Shown here piece by piece: positions 29,177-39,325 of a DNA stretch of 46,851 bases. Source of the DNA: Clostridiales bacterium oral taxon 876 str. F0540. Lineage in GTDB: Bacteria; Bacillota; Clostridia; Clostridiales; Clostridiaceae. The notes beneath the pieces are model-generated. The model was not told where the DNA came from. It searched no databases and saw only the letters and a list, made by a program, of their open reading frames with translations. The stretch's first letter is position 1; the number at the start of each line of letters is the position of its first letter. The stretch spans positions 1-46,851 of the forward strand of contig KE993461.1 of assembly GCA_000466585.1 (NCBI GenBank), given 5' to 3'. The position numbers were made by a program, and so were the translations under genes.

Positions 29177-29420
29177 AGCACGGCAATTCAGCCGTGTTTT
29201 TTATTGAATAATATTTGAGGATAGTGAAAAAAATATTTCTATCACCTATACAAAAATAATTTCAACTCCATATCTAAACTCTAAAACAGTTCTGTAAATC
29301 AAGACTCTAAATAAATTTTTGCAGGTGATTGGTTGCCATAACAAGAAGATTATACTATCTAAGGCAAGAAACAATATAAGTATACTAAACTGTTCGCTGA
29401 TTGTAATGAAAGGAGAAAAA

Positions 29421-29891
29421 ATGAAAATTGAAGGATTTTTCAGTGGAATAAAAAACGCAAACGAGGCTGTAGAAAAACTTAGACAGGCTGGATTTAACAA
29501 TGCATATGCTGATATAAATGAACATTACACAGTAAATAACAACGTTGAAACGAACTTTCCGGGAAATGAAAACACACCCAGTCTTTCTGATTTAGTATTA
29601 CGATCTGGAGACGCAAGCTCTGTTACTGATAAGTCGCCCCTTATAGCAGCAAGTCCAATGGTAAGCGGCTACGGAAAATTTGAGGAGGTAATGGATGTAA
29701 ATTATAAAGTAGTTGCAAATGTAGATGAAAATAATAAAGAGGAAGTAAGTAAAATTATAACTGGTATGGGCGGCACTCTCGAAAGTCCTAACTTAAATGT
29801 GCCAGACAGAATTAAAGATTTAAATTTGAGAAATATAGATACCAGGGATTTAAACCTTAGCGGTACAAATGATATAGGAATGACAACTTAA
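29421..29891 (+). CDS. Hypothetical protein with a YflT/general-stress-17M-like N-terminus.
   Basis: An AAAGGAG RBS is present, and IEGFFSGIKNANEAVEKLRQAGF resembles the YflT N-terminal motif. The call is weak. Confidence 0.35.
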   Translation: MKIEGFFSGIKNANEAVEKLRQAGFNNAYADINEHYTVNNNVETNFPGNENTPSLSDLVLRSGDASSVTDKSPLIAASPMVSGYGKFEEVMDVNYKVVANVDENNKEEVSKIITGMGGTLESPNLNVPDRIKDLNLRNIDTRDLNLSGTNDIGMTT

Positions 29892-29895
29892 ATTA

Positions 29896-29930
29896 AAGTG
29901 TAATGGCAAAGTTGCTGTTACACTTTTTAT
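29896..29930 (+). terminator. Rho-independent terminator (AAAGTGTAA/TTACACTTT plus T5).
   Basis: The inverted repeat is seen directly. Confidence 0.6.
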
Positions 29931-30131
29931 ACTTTGTTAAAGGGTGATAATGAAAGCAAACCTATGATAAATCAAGATAATACTTTAGAATATAATAAAA
30001 CCTACACCCCCTAGTAAAGCTTTGTCTAAAACAGGAATTGAGTTATTTAATACCACATTATAAAATAATATATGTAGTTATAAATAATACTACATACTTT
30101 TTTAAAAAAATGAATGGGGGGTATATAAATT

Positions 30132-32258
30132 ATGAATCTTAGTCCGGAACTTGCATCTACACTTATTTGGGTTGGCATTGGAATAGCAGCATTCTTATTT
30201 CTGATTTGGATTATAGGAATAAGAATAATACCTAATGACAAAGTTGCTATCATTGAAAAATGGTGGTCAGGCAAAGGTTCCTTAAAAGAACAGATTATAG
30301 CCTTAAACGGCGAGGCTGGTTATCAGCCTGAGGTTTTAAGAGGAGGCATTCACTTCTTAACTCCTTTAGTATACAAAATGCATAAAGTCCCATTAGTAAC
30401 TATTCCTCAAGGGAAAATTGCTTATGTGTTTGCCAGAGATGGAAAACCTCTTGAGCCTACACAAACCTTAGGAAAAATTGTGACTGAAGCAAATAACTTT
30501 CAAAATGTTAAAGCTTTTATACAAAACGGCGGTCAAAAAGGACCTCAGCGTGGAATAATTCGTGAAGGTACTTATGCTTTTAACTTAGCCCAATTTATTA
30601 TAATTACTGAAAATAAAACCTATTATCTGCCTATGGGAAATGATGCAGAGCAAAAAACCATAAATGAGATGACACAAAAAATAAGAGAGAGAAATGGGTT
30701 TGATCCAATTGTAATACAAGGTGAAAGTGATCTTGTAGGTATAGTAACTGTACATGATGGTCCTTCTCTTGGAAAGGACAACATCATATGTCCTACAGTT
30801 GGTGATGAACCATCTGATGAAAATTACCACAATAACTTCCAAGACCCGGAAAAGTTTTTACGTGCTGGCGGCTATAGAGGAAGACAGTACCAGGTATTAG
30901 CAGATGGTACTTATCTTATAAACAGGCTTTTTGCAACAGTCGAATTTATAAAGAAGACAGTAATTCCTGTAGGTTATGTTGGTGTTGTAGTTTCTTATAC
31001 CGGTGCTAAGGGTGAAGACAGCTCTGGAGATGACTACAAGCATGGAGAACTAGTTCAAAGAGGTTATAGAGGTGTATGGAGTGATCCTCTTATGCCTGGA
31101 AAGTATGCTTTTAATACTTATGCTGGAAGCATTATTCAAGTTCCTACAACAAACGTAATATTAAAATGGATAAGTAATCAAAGCGGAAACCATAAATATG
31201 ATGAGAATCTTAAAGAAGTTAACCTTATAACTAAGGATGCTTTTGAACCTTCTCTTCCTCTTTCAGTTGTATTCCATATAGACTATAAGAAAGCGCCTAT
31301 GGTTATTCAACGTTTTGGAGACATAAAAATGCTTGTAGACCAAACTCTTGACCCTATGGTGTCTGCATACTTTAAAAACGTTGGGCAAACAAAGACTTTA
31401 ATAGAACTTATACAGCAAAGAAACGAAATTCAAAATCAATCTTCAGTTGAGATGAAGGCTAAATTCTCACATTATAACCTTGAACTTGAAGAAGTTTTAA
31501 TAGGTACTCCTACAAGTTCTAAAAATGATACTAATATAGAGCAGATATTAACTCAGCTCCGTTCAAGACAAATAGCAAAAGAACAGCTTGAAACCTATGA
31601 AACACAGCAAAGAGCCGCAGAAAAGGAAAAAGAGCTTAAAGAAGCTGAAGCAATTGCTAAGCAGCAAACTTCTCTTACTGAATCTGATATTAATATTAGA
31701 ATCCAGGAAAATCAAGGTAAGGCTGAGCTTATGAAATCAAGACAAGATGCTGAGAAGATTCAAAGATTATCAGAAGCAGATGCTTATAAAATCAAACAAC
31801 AGGCCGAGGCTGAAGCTTATAAAGTTAAGCAGCAGGCTGAAGCTCAAGCTTACACCTTAAAGCAGACTGGTGAAGCTGAAGCCTTTAAGATTAAATCTGT
31901 AGGTGAGGCTGACGCAGACAGAGAAGCAAGAGTCGGTATATCTAAGGCTATAGCTGCCAGAGAGCAGGTTAACGCTTATGGTGGTTCTCAATATAAGATA
32001 GTTCAAGATGTTATGAACAACTTTGCAGATGCAATTAAAACTTCCAAGATTGATATTGTACCTAAGACAATAATTACTAATGGTTCAAGTGAAGACGGAA
32101 AGGCTGTGCCTAATGCCTTTGAAAGCCTTGTTATGCTTTTACTAAGCGAGAAACTTTCACTTAATGAACTGTCTCAGGCTGAACTTTCTCCGGAGTCTGA
32201 AAAAATAAGAAAAGAGATACTAAACAAGATTAAACCTACAAATATTGAAACTAAATAA
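30132..32258 (+). CDS. Flotillin-like SPFH/band-7 protein (FloT/YuaG-like), 708 aa, with C-terminal Ala/Glu repeats.
   Basis: An N-terminal TM segment, an SPFH domain and repeated EAEAYK(V/I)KQQAEA flotillin-type heptads are present. Confidence 0.7.
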   Translation: MNLSPELASTLIWVGIGIAAFLFLIWIIGIRIIPNDKVAIIEKWWSGKGSLKEQIIALNGEAGYQPEVLRGGIHFLTPLVYKMHKVPLVTIPQGKIAYVFARDGKPLEPTQTLGKIVTEANNFQNVKAFIQNGGQKGPQRGIIREGTYAFNLAQFIIITENKTYYLPMGNDAEQKTINEMTQKIRERNGFDPIVIQGESDLVGIVTVHDGPSLGKDNIICPTVGDEPSDENYHNNFQDPEKFLRAGGYRGRQYQVLADGTYLINRLFATVEFIKKTVIPVGYVGVVVSYTGAKGEDSSGDDYKHGELVQRGYRGVWSDPLMPGKYAFNTYAGSIIQVPTTNVILKWISNQSGNHKYDENLKEVNLITKDAFEPSLPLSVVFHIDYKKAPMVIQRFGDIKMLVDQTLDPMVSAYFKNVGQTKTLIELIQQRNEIQNQSSVEMKAKFSHYNLELEEVLIGTPTSSKNDTNIEQILTQLRSRQIAKEQLETYETQQRAAEKEKELKEAEAIAKQQTSLTESDINIRIQENQGKAELMKSRQDAEKIQRLSEADAYKIKQQAEAEAYKVKQQAEAQAYTLKQTGEAEAFKIKSVGEADADREARVGISKAIAAREQVNAYGGSQYKIVQDVMNNFADAIKTSKIDIVPKTIITNGSSEDGKAVPNAFESLVMLLLSEKLSLNELSQAELSPESEKIRKEILNKIKPTNIETK

Positions 32259-32261
32259 TGC

Positions 32262-32299
32262 ATTAAAGGGTACCCCATTGTTTGGAGTACCCTTTAAAT
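32262..32299. terminator. Bidirectional terminator (TAAAGGGTAC/GTACCCTTTA).
   Basis: The inverted repeat lies between convergent genes. Confidence 0.65.
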
Positions 32300-33460
32300 T
32301 TACAAGCTATTCACAGCTTTTTCTATTCTCTTAAGAGCTTCTTCAAGGAGACCTCTTGAGCAGGCAATATTGATTCTTTCAAAACCTTCTCCACCTGTCC
32401 CAAATATATATCCTTCATCAAACCATACACCTGCGGTTTCTAAAAAGAACTGGTGAAGTTTTTTTGAATCAAAGCCTAGTTCTCTGCAGTCAATCCATAC
32501 AAGATAGGTTCCCTGTGGTTTGATAATTTTGAGTTTTGGTATGTTGTTATTTATGTATTTACTCAAAAACTCAAGGTTTCCAGTTAAATAATCAATCACA
32601 TCTTCTAGCCATTGTTCACCATAATTATAAGCCGCTTCTAAAGCTTCTATTCCAAAAATATTAGGAGCCCATATTCCGTTACTATCCAGCACATCATAAA
32701 ACTTTTTTCTTAGCTCATTATTAGCTATAATAATTGATGAAGTTTGAAGTCCAGCTAAATTAAAAGTTTTGCTTGGAGCTGTGCATATTGCAGAAATTTG
32801 GGCAAAATCTTCGTTGATAGATGCAAATGGTATGTGTTTATATTCCTTATGCACTAAATCACAGTGTATTTCATCGGATATAACTAATACATTATTTTTT
32901 ATGCAAAGCTCGCCAATTCTTACCAGTTCTTCTCTTGTCCATACGCGCCCTACTGGATTATGGGGACTGCACAAAACTAATGCTTTGACTTTTTCATCTG
33001 CTAATTTTTTCCCCAGATCTTCAAAATCAATTTCATACTTTCCTTCATTTAATTTAAGAGGATTTTCAACAACCTCACATCCATTATTTTTTACTGCTGT
33101 AAAAAACGGATAATAAACCGGCACTTGTATAATAACCTTGTCTCCTGGCTTAGTAAATGCTCTTATAAGCATATTAACTGCCGGCACAACGCCTGGGCAA
33201 TAATTTATCCAATCTTTCTTCACAGAAAAGTTATGCCTTCTTTTAAACCAATTTATAATAGCATCATAATACTCATTGCCTGGAGCAGTGTAACCATAAA
33301 TTTTATGTTCAGCTCTGCTTTTTATAGCCTGCACAACCTCCTCAGGCACCTCAAAATCCATATCTGCAACCCACATAGGAATTATATCCTTCTTTTTTAG
33401 GTCCCACTTTACAGATTTTGTATTTTTTCTCTCGATAATTCTATCAAAATCATATTTCAT
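32300..33460 (-). CDS. patB: PatB/MalY-type C-S lyase (cystathionine beta-lyase-like aminotransferase).
   Basis: The N-terminus (FDRIIERKNTKSVKWD...WVADMDF) and the PLP-fold motifs are typical of the MalY/PatB family. Confidence 0.8.
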   Translation of the reverse strand: MKYDFDRIIERKNTKSVKWDLKKKDIIPMWVADMDFEVPEEVVQAIKSRAEHKIYGYTAPGNEYYDAIINWFKRRHNFSVKKDWINYCPGVVPAVNMLIRAFTKPGDKVIIQVPVYYPFFTAVKNNGCEVVENPLKLNEGKYEIDFEDLGKKLADEKVKALVLCSPHNPVGRVWTREELVRIGELCIKNNVLVISDEIHCDLVHKEYKHIPFASINEDFAQISAICTAPSKTFNLAGLQTSSIIIANNELRKKFYDVLDSNGIWAPNIFGIEALEAAYNYGEQWLEDVIDYLTGNLEFLSKYINNNIPKLKIIKPQGTYLVWIDCRELGFDSKKLHQFFLETAGVWFDEGYIFGTGGEGFERINIACSRGLLEEALKRIEKAVNSL

Positions 33461-33509
33461 ATGTTCGCCCCCTTTTACTTTTTAATAACATTATATTCCA
33501 TATAATATG

Positions 33510-33548
33510 TAAAAACAATAAAAGGACAGCCTTTTAAGCTGTCCTTAC
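33510..33548 (-). terminator. Terminator (AAGGACAGC/GCTGTCCTT plus a T-run) that overlaps the stop codon of the 33545-33820 gene.
   Basis: The inverted repeat is seen directly. Confidence 0.55.
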
Positions 33549-33820
33549 TTTATTTCTGTATATTCAACATCAATAACATTTCCATTTGTGTAGGTTTGTG
33601 AAAAATCACTATTTACAGTTTCCGCCTTTTCAGTTTTCCCACTGAATATCTTAGTCTTTTTGTTGTCCCACTTTTTAATAGCCTTGACAATATAATTTAC
33701 TCCAATAAACGCTGCAGCTATCATAAGAATAAATGGAAGAAAATTTAGTAAAACAGCTCCAAATATTATAACTAAAGCTAAAACTAAAAAGCTTGAAATG
33801 CCTTTATTAGCAAAATACAT
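33545..33820 (-). CDS. Small membrane protein (2 TM segments), function unknown.
   Basis: The ORF is hydrophobic and is followed by a terminator. Confidence 0.4.
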   Translation of the reverse strand: MYFANKGISSFLVLALVIIFGAVLLNFLPFILMIAAAFIGVNYIVKAIKKWDNKKTKIFSGKTEKAETVNSDFSQTYTNGNVIDVEYTEIK

Positions 33821-34042
33821 TTGAATTCACACTCTCTTTCTAAGTTCATGAAACTATTATAGCATAATTTATCTTATTAATTATTAAGATTTACTTAACT
33901 AGTTATTAAGATTTTGTTACTATTTTATATAGTATGTTAAACCTCTTTTCTTTTTTCCTTTAACTACCACATATATTTGAGGTTTATATGCAAATAATAT
34001 TTTTGTAATAGTGTATTACACTTAAATAAGGAGGATTATAAT

Positions 34043-34255
34043 ATGCAAAATAATAATCAAAAACCACAATTAGATGATAATAATTTGAAGGTTATAAAAG
34101 ATCAGATTGGTTATGAAGCTCTTCTTACTAAAAAATACAAAGATTATGAATCCATGTGTACAGACCAAGCATTAAAAGATTTATGCTGCAGTGCCAGCGA
34201 TACGCATAAGCAGAACTTCGACAGCTTGAAAAACTATCTAGATTCTCATCAATAA
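34043..34255 (+). CDS. Small protein of 70 aa that is co-transcribed with the Coat-F domain gene.
   Basis: An AAGGAGG RBS is present and the gene lies 27 nt upstream of its partner. I recognise no domain. Confidence 0.4.
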   Translation: MQNNNQKPQLDDNNLKVIKDQIGYEALLTKKYKDYESMCTDQALKDLCCSASDTHKQNFDSLKNYLDSHQ

Positions 34256-34282
34256 TAAATTATTAGCTGGAGGGATTAAATA

Positions 34283-34555
34283 ATGAATAATAAACTTACT
34301 GAAAAAGACTTAATGCATGACTTACTTGCAACAGAAAAACAGGTTATATCTTCCTATAGTACCGGAATAACCGAAACATCTTGTCCAAATCTTAGAAACA
34401 CATTGGTATCAAACTTTAAAAATGCTCAAGATACTCAATATAAAGTATTTGACGCTATGAGACAAAAAGGCTGGTATGCTGTTAAGGATGCAGCTGATGA
34501 AGAAGTTCAAAAAGCTAAAGATGATGCTAACACAATGATGAATGAATTGAAATAA
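34283..34555 (+). CDS. Spore coat protein F-like (Coat_F domain) protein.
   Basis: The pattern DLMHDLLATEKQVISSY...ETSCPNLRN...MRQKGWY matches the Coat_F domain signature. A GGAGGG RBS and a strong terminator are present. Confidence 0.6.
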   Translation: MNNKLTEKDLMHDLLATEKQVISSYSTGITETSCPNLRNTLVSNFKNAQDTQYKVFDAMRQKGWYAVKDAADEEVQKAKDDANTMMNELK

Positions 34556-34562
34556 TGCTGAT

Positions 34563-34600
34563 AAAGCCCCTGGATTCTTTTTTAGTCCTGGGGCTTTATA
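34563..34600. terminator. Bidirectional terminator with a 12-bp stem (AAAGCCCCAGGA/TCCTGGGGCTTT).
   Basis: The inverted repeat is seen directly. Confidence 0.75.
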
Positions 34601-34601
34601 T

Positions 34602-35018
34602 TTATTGAATTACAGTATGAGAAAGATTTAAAGTTTCTCCTCCTCCGTATATAACTGCATTTTGTGTTCCAAGATCAGTTTTTTTATCAACAACCCAATT
34701 AAAGGTTGCCTCTCCGCTTGCATCAGTGGAACGGCTTTGAGTTACATTTATAGTTCTGCCATTCATTTTATAAGATGTTTTTATTGTGTATGTTGTATTA
34801 GGTTTAGCCTTTATAGTTATAATACCGGCATCTCCTCTTCTAAGCGTAGTTTGATTCCTTATCAAGTCTATTCTGTTTGCTTGAACATTTAGTGCTGTAA
34901 CAGGCTTTGTTGTCTGTTCATAATTTAAAGCACTTTTAAATATATTGTTTCCAATATATGCTGTTGCTCCTAAAATAAATAAGCCAAATGCTAAAGCAGC
35001 ACTTACTCTTATTTTCAT
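34602..35018 (-). CDS. Secreted protein with a signal peptide, probably a beta-rich domain; function unknown.
   Basis: A signal peptide (MKIRVSAALAFGLFILGATAYIG) and a GAGGTGA RBS are present. Confidence 0.45.
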   Translation of the reverse strand: MKIRVSAALAFGLFILGATAYIGNNIFKSALNYEQTTKPVTALNVQANRIDLIRNQTTLRRGDAGIITIKAKPNTTYTIKTSYKMNGRTINVTQSRSTDASGEATFNWVVDKKTDLGTQNAVIYGGGETLNLSHTVIQ

Positions 35019-35202
35019 TATATCACCTCAATTTACCAGATTTATACGCTTATAATTCCCAAATTTATTAATAATATTACAAAATATTAAAAACATAATA
35101 ATAAAATAGACCATGTTACGTATACTCATAACATGATCTATTGGTATATTAATGGGGGAATATACTAAGCTTTCTATGAAAATAGCTAAATAAGTTTGAT
35201 AA

Positions 35203-36561
35203 TTAAGCTTCTATAGTTTCACTTGAGCTTACTCTTTTTTTATTTTTTGCTGCCATATATGCATAAACCGGTATTCCAATTACAGCTAAAAGTATACCAT
35301 ACTCTATAGCTTCAAGCCCTGAACCATATATTGCCCATCCAGCATATATCAATGCAGCAACAGGAACAAAAAATGTTTTTACTGAAGATAAAAGTGTCAA
35401 TTTCTTTCCTTCTTTTAAAGCATATTTTATTTCTGCAGCTGCAGTAGTTGCATAAACAGGAAGGAATGATAAAGTTGCCAGAAGTACTGTAAAATTAAAA
35501 GCAGAAGCTAAAGTTTTATTGTTTGCATAGTTCATCACCAACAAAAGATTTACAAGTATTGAACCAATTATTAATGCAACATGAGGTGTCTTGTATTTTT
35601 CATGTGTCTTACTGAAAAAGCTAGGGAACATTCCATCTTCACCTGCCGCAAAAGCTACTCTTGCGGTTGATAAAAGCCATCCTATTGTTGTTCCAAGCAC
35701 GCTTACAACTACACCTAAGGTTATAAATTGAACCATTCCGCTTCCAAAGTATTGTGATAATATATCTGCAATTGGTGCAGTACTCTTCTCAAGAGTTGCC
35801 TGAGGCATAGCTCCCATTGCAAAGAAATTAATTGCCATATACATTATAGCTGCGATTAGTATTCCGATTATTGTGCTTCTTCCAACATTCTTTTCTGGAT
35901 TTCTTATTTCACCTGCAGCAATTGATGAACTTTCAAGTCCGACAAAGGACCATAATGTTAATGTCGCAGCTACAGGTAAAGTCTCCATACCTTTTCCCTC
36001 AGGAAACAATGGAACCAAGTTGCCTGAATTAAAGTGCATTGCCGCTGCAATTATGAAAAATAAAAATAATAAAATTTCAAATATAGTTATAGCAGTTTGA
36101 ATTTTACCCGCCATTTTAACACCAAGTATATTAATAATAGTAAATATCCATAACACTGCACTTGCAAATAAAAATGCACCTAAATTGCTGTTTCCTATGG
36201 CCGGAACAAGCTTTCCTGCATAGCTTGCTACAGCAATAACAACTGCTGCATTTCCAATCCATGATCCATTCCAATATAACCATGCATTCATAAACCCTGC
36301 AAAATCTCCAAAGGCTGTTTTAGAATATTCGTATGGTCCACCTGTCTTTGGAAGTCTTCTGCTTAATTTTGCAAAGCATAGGGCTAATAGTATTGATCCA
36401 AAGGCTGTAAGCATCCAAGCTCCTATTGTAGCTCCCGGGCCTGCCTTCCCGGCTAATGTTGCAGGCAGCATAAATATTCCTGAGCCCATCATATTTCCTG
36501 TAACTAAGGCTGTAGCTATAACTAAGCCTAATTCTTTTTTAAGTTTCGTATTTTGTTCCAT
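35203..36561 (-). CDS. APC-superfamily amino-acid permease, inferred to be lysine-specific (YvsH/LysP-like) because of the upstream L-box.
   Basis: The protein has 12 TM segments. The N-terminus (GLVIATALVTGNMMGSGIFMLPATLA) is typical of the basic amino acid/polyamine antiporter family. A lysine riboswitch sits in its leader. Confidence 0.75.
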   Translation of the reverse strand: MEQNTKLKKELGLVIATALVTGNMMGSGIFMLPATLAGKAGPGATIGAWMLTAFGSILLALCFAKLSRRLPKTGGPYEYSKTAFGDFAGFMNAWLYWNGSWIGNAAVVIAVASYAGKLVPAIGNSNLGAFLFASAVLWIFTIINILGVKMAGKIQTAITIFEILLFLFFIIAAAMHFNSGNLVPLFPEGKGMETLPVAATLTLWSFVGLESSSIAAGEIRNPEKNVGRSTIIGILIAAIMYMAINFFAMGAMPQATLEKSTAPIADILSQYFGSGMVQFITLGVVVSVLGTTIGWLLSTARVAFAAGEDGMFPSFFSKTHEKYKTPHVALIIGSILVNLLLVMNYANNKTLASAFNFTVLLATLSFLPVYATTAAAEIKYALKEGKKLTLLSSVKTFFVPVAALIYAGWAIYGSGLEAIEYGILLAVIGIPVYAYMAAKNKKRVSSSETIEA

Positions 36562-36611
36562 TACAGAACCCCCTTATCAGATTTTTCCGATAAAGCAAAT
36601 CTACTAGAATA

Positions 36612-36852
36612 AACGTAAAGAAAGCCTTGAGCATACACTCAAGGCTTTTAAGCACGCAAATAAACAATCATCGTGTTAAATCCACTGAATGATAGCTCTC
36701 CACAAGAAACTTGTGACAGTTTTGCATATATTCTATGCAGAACCAGCTGTACAATCTTAAAGCATCGATTGTACGCTTCGGCGATTTTTCCTTTCCTTTT
36801 GCTTCTTTGTGCTTTCCTCCGCAAAAGTACTATTAAAAACCGCGCCTCTATC
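36612..36852 (-). promoter_or_regulatory. Lysine riboswitch (L-box) with an intrinsic terminator (36621-36648).
   Basis: The minus-strand blocks match the L-box: UAGAGGCGCGG..., GGAGGAAAG, UCGCCGAAGCG, GCUGGUUCUGCAUAGAAUAUAUGCAAAACUGUCACAAG and UGGAGAGCUAUC. Compare the B. subtilis lysC leader (AGAGGUGC, CGCCGAAGC, GCUGGCCGUGCAUUGAAUAAAUGUAAGGCUGUCAAG, GGAGGGCUAUC). Confidence 0.85.
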
Positions 36853-36921
36853 CTAGCTATTTACTTTTATCTTACTTGTATTATTATGCAATAAAACTTT
36901 AGTTTAGTCAAGAGTTAAATC

Positions 36922-37428
36922 CTACATATTGTTCAACATCCAAAAAGTGAAATTTAATACTCCTGCAAAAGAAACCCAAAGTATGTATGGAATCATAAGT
37001 ATTCCTGCTATCTTATCAATCCTGAAAAACTCAAAAGTAGTAAGAAGTATAAATACTAGAAGCAGCATGAGTTCAAAAAATGCTAATCCAATAAGCCTAA
37101 ATCTAAAGAATATTATAGTCCATAGAAAATTTAAAAATAACTGAATACCATAAAGAGTTAGTGCCTTGCCTGTATTAACTCCCCCTTTGCCCTTACGCCA
37201 TATTCTGTATGCAGCAATGGCCATTAATAAATATAATATTGGCCATACTATACCAAATACCCAATCCGGTGGAGCAAAGCTCGGTTTTATGAAACTCTCG
37301 TAATTTTCTTTATTGGACATTCCAAGATAAGCACTTAAAATGCCCGCTCCTTCTGCGATTATTATGCTTAAAACTAACGCAGTAATATTAGTTAATTTAT
37401 TGTTTTTTAACTTTTCCGGCAACCTCAA
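36922..37428 (-). CDS. tspO: TspO/MBR-family tryptophan-rich sensory protein.
   Basis: The protein has 5 TM segments and Trp-rich motifs (FAPPDWVFGIVWPILY, LFLNFLWTIIFF). It probably uses a TTG start after an AAGGAGG RBS. Confidence 0.75.
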   Translation of the reverse strand: MRLPEKLKNNKLTNITALVLSIIIAEGAGILSAYLGMSNKENYESFIKPSFAPPDWVFGIVWPILYLLMAIAAYRIWRKGKGGVNTGKALTLYGIQLFLNFLWTIIFFRFRLIGLAFFELMLLLVFILLTTFEFFRIDKIAGILMIPYILWVSFAGVLNFTFWMLNNM

Positions 37429-37584
37429 TACCTCCTTTATTATTACTCATACTTTAATATAAGATATTAATCCTTTAAATATGCTACTAATAATTTTACG
37501 GCTATTCTCTTGTAAAATTATCCTGATAAACATATAATTGTAATATAAAGCACAGCTTTAATTTACATAAAAGGGGGCAATATT

Positions 37585-39279
37585 ATGAAGTTCAGTGAAT
37601 TTCAATATAAAAGACCTGATATAAAGGTTTTGGAAAAAGATTTTTATCAATTATTAGATAGTTTTGATAATGCGGACAGTTTTGAGACTCAAAATTCATT
37701 TATGGAAAAAATAAATGACCTTAGAAATGAATTTGAATCTTTATCTCAAATAGTAAGCATTAGGCATACAATTGACACAACTGACAAGTTTTATGAAGAA
37801 GAACAGGATTTCTTTGATGAAAATACTCCTATCTATCAAGGTTTAGTTTCAAAATACTATAATTCTTTAGTTAACTCAAAGTTCAAAGGTGAATTAGAGG
37901 ACAAATGGGGCAAACAGTTATTTAATATTGCAGAGCTTACTTTAAAAACCTTTAAGCCTGAAATTATTGAAGACTTACAGCTTGAGAACAAGCTCTCAAG
38001 TGAATATACAAAGCTTATAGCATCAGCTAAGATAATGTTTGAAGAAGAAGAGAGAAACCTATCTCAATTAGCTCCTTTTATGCAGTCTACGGATAGAACT
38101 ATGAGAAAAAAGGCAAATGAAGCTAAATATGGCTTTATGGTAGAACATGAAGCAAAGCTTGATGAAATTTATGATGGTTTAGTTAAAGTAAGAACTAAAA
38201 TTGCCAAAAAGCTTGGCTATGAAAATTATGTAGACCTTGGCTATGCACGTATGCTAAGAGCAGACTATAATGCTGAAATGGTAGCAAACTTTAGAAAACA
38301 GGTTGAAGATTATATAGTTCCTATAGCAACTAAGCTTAGAGAAAAGCAAAAAGTTAGACTTGGTCTAGATAAGCTTAAATATTATGATGAAAGATTCAGC
38401 TTTAAGACTGGTAATGCAACACCTAAGGGTGATCCTGAATTTATATTAAACTGTGGAAAACAGATGTACAATGAACTTTCACCTGAAACTAAAGAATACT
38501 TTAATTTTATGGTAGAAAACGAGCTTATGGACTTAGTAAGTAAAAAAGGAAAAGCTGGCGGCGGATACTGTACTTATATAGCAACCTATAAATCACCATT
38601 TATCTTTTCCAATTTCAATGGGACTTCCGGTGATGTGGATGTACTTACTCATGAAGCAGGTCACGCTTTTCAAGCATATTGCAGCAGAAACTTTGAGGTT
38701 CCGGAGTATGGTTTTCCAACCTATGAAGCAGCAGAAATTCACTCAATGAGCATGGAATTTTTCACTTATCCATGGATGAATTTGTTCTTTAAGGAAGATG
38801 TAGATAAATACAAGTTCTCTCACTTATCAGAAGCACTTTTATTTATCCCGTATGGAGTATCCGTAGATGAGTTCCAGCATTTTGTTTATGAAAATCCTGA
38901 AGCAACACCTTCTGAAAGAAAGGCTGCTTGGAGAAAAATCGAAAAGAAATATTTACCTCACAGAGACTATGAGGATAACAGCTACCTTGAAAGAGGGGGC
39001 TTCTGGCATCAACAAGGACATATTTTTGGAACACCATTTTACTATATAGACTATACTTTGGCTCAAATTTGTGCTTTCCAATTCTTTGTTAAGGCCAATG
39101 AAAACAGAAAGGTTGCCTGGGAAGATTACTTAAGACTTTGTAAAGCTGGAGGAAGCTATTCCTTCATCAATTTAGTTAAGCTTGCAAATTTAAAATCCCC
39201 ATTTGAAAACGGATGTATTGAATCCATTATAGGGTTTATTGAAAATTACTTAAATAATATTGATGACACTAAATTATAA
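37585..39279 (+). CDS. M3-family oligoendopeptidase (PepF-like).
   Basis: The HEAGHAF zinc-binding motif is present, the length (564 aa) fits, and an AAAGGGGG RBS lies upstream. Confidence 0.85.
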   Translation: MKFSEFQYKRPDIKVLEKDFYQLLDSFDNADSFETQNSFMEKINDLRNEFESLSQIVSIRHTIDTTDKFYEEEQDFFDENTPIYQGLVSKYYNSLVNSKFKGELEDKWGKQLFNIAELTLKTFKPEIIEDLQLENKLSSEYTKLIASAKIMFEEEERNLSQLAPFMQSTDRTMRKKANEAKYGFMVEHEAKLDEIYDGLVKVRTKIAKKLGYENYVDLGYARMLRADYNAEMVANFRKQVEDYIVPIATKLREKQKVRLGLDKLKYYDERFSFKTGNATPKGDPEFILNCGKQMYNELSPETKEYFNFMVENELMDLVSKKGKAGGGYCTYIATYKSPFIFSNFNGTSGDVDVLTHEAGHAFQAYCSRNFEVPEYGFPTYEAAEIHSMSMEFFTYPWMNLFFKEDVDKYKFSHLSEALLFIPYGVSVDEFQHFVYENPEATPSERKAAWRKIEKKYLPHRDYEDNSYLERGGFWHQQGHIFGTPFYYIDYTLAQICAFQFFVKANENRKVAWEDYLRLCKAGGSYSFINLVKLANLKSPFENGCIESIIGFIENYLNNIDDTKL

Positions 39280-39283
39280 AAAC

Positions 39284-39325
39284 CAAATGAAACAGCAGAC
39301 AGTTATTCGTCTGCTGTTTCATTAA
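39284..39325. terminator. Bidirectional terminator with a 15-bp stem (AATGAAACAGCAGAC/GTCTGCTGTTTCATT). It overlaps the last codons of the convergent minus-strand gene.
   Basis: The inverted repeat is seen directly. Confidence 0.7.
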
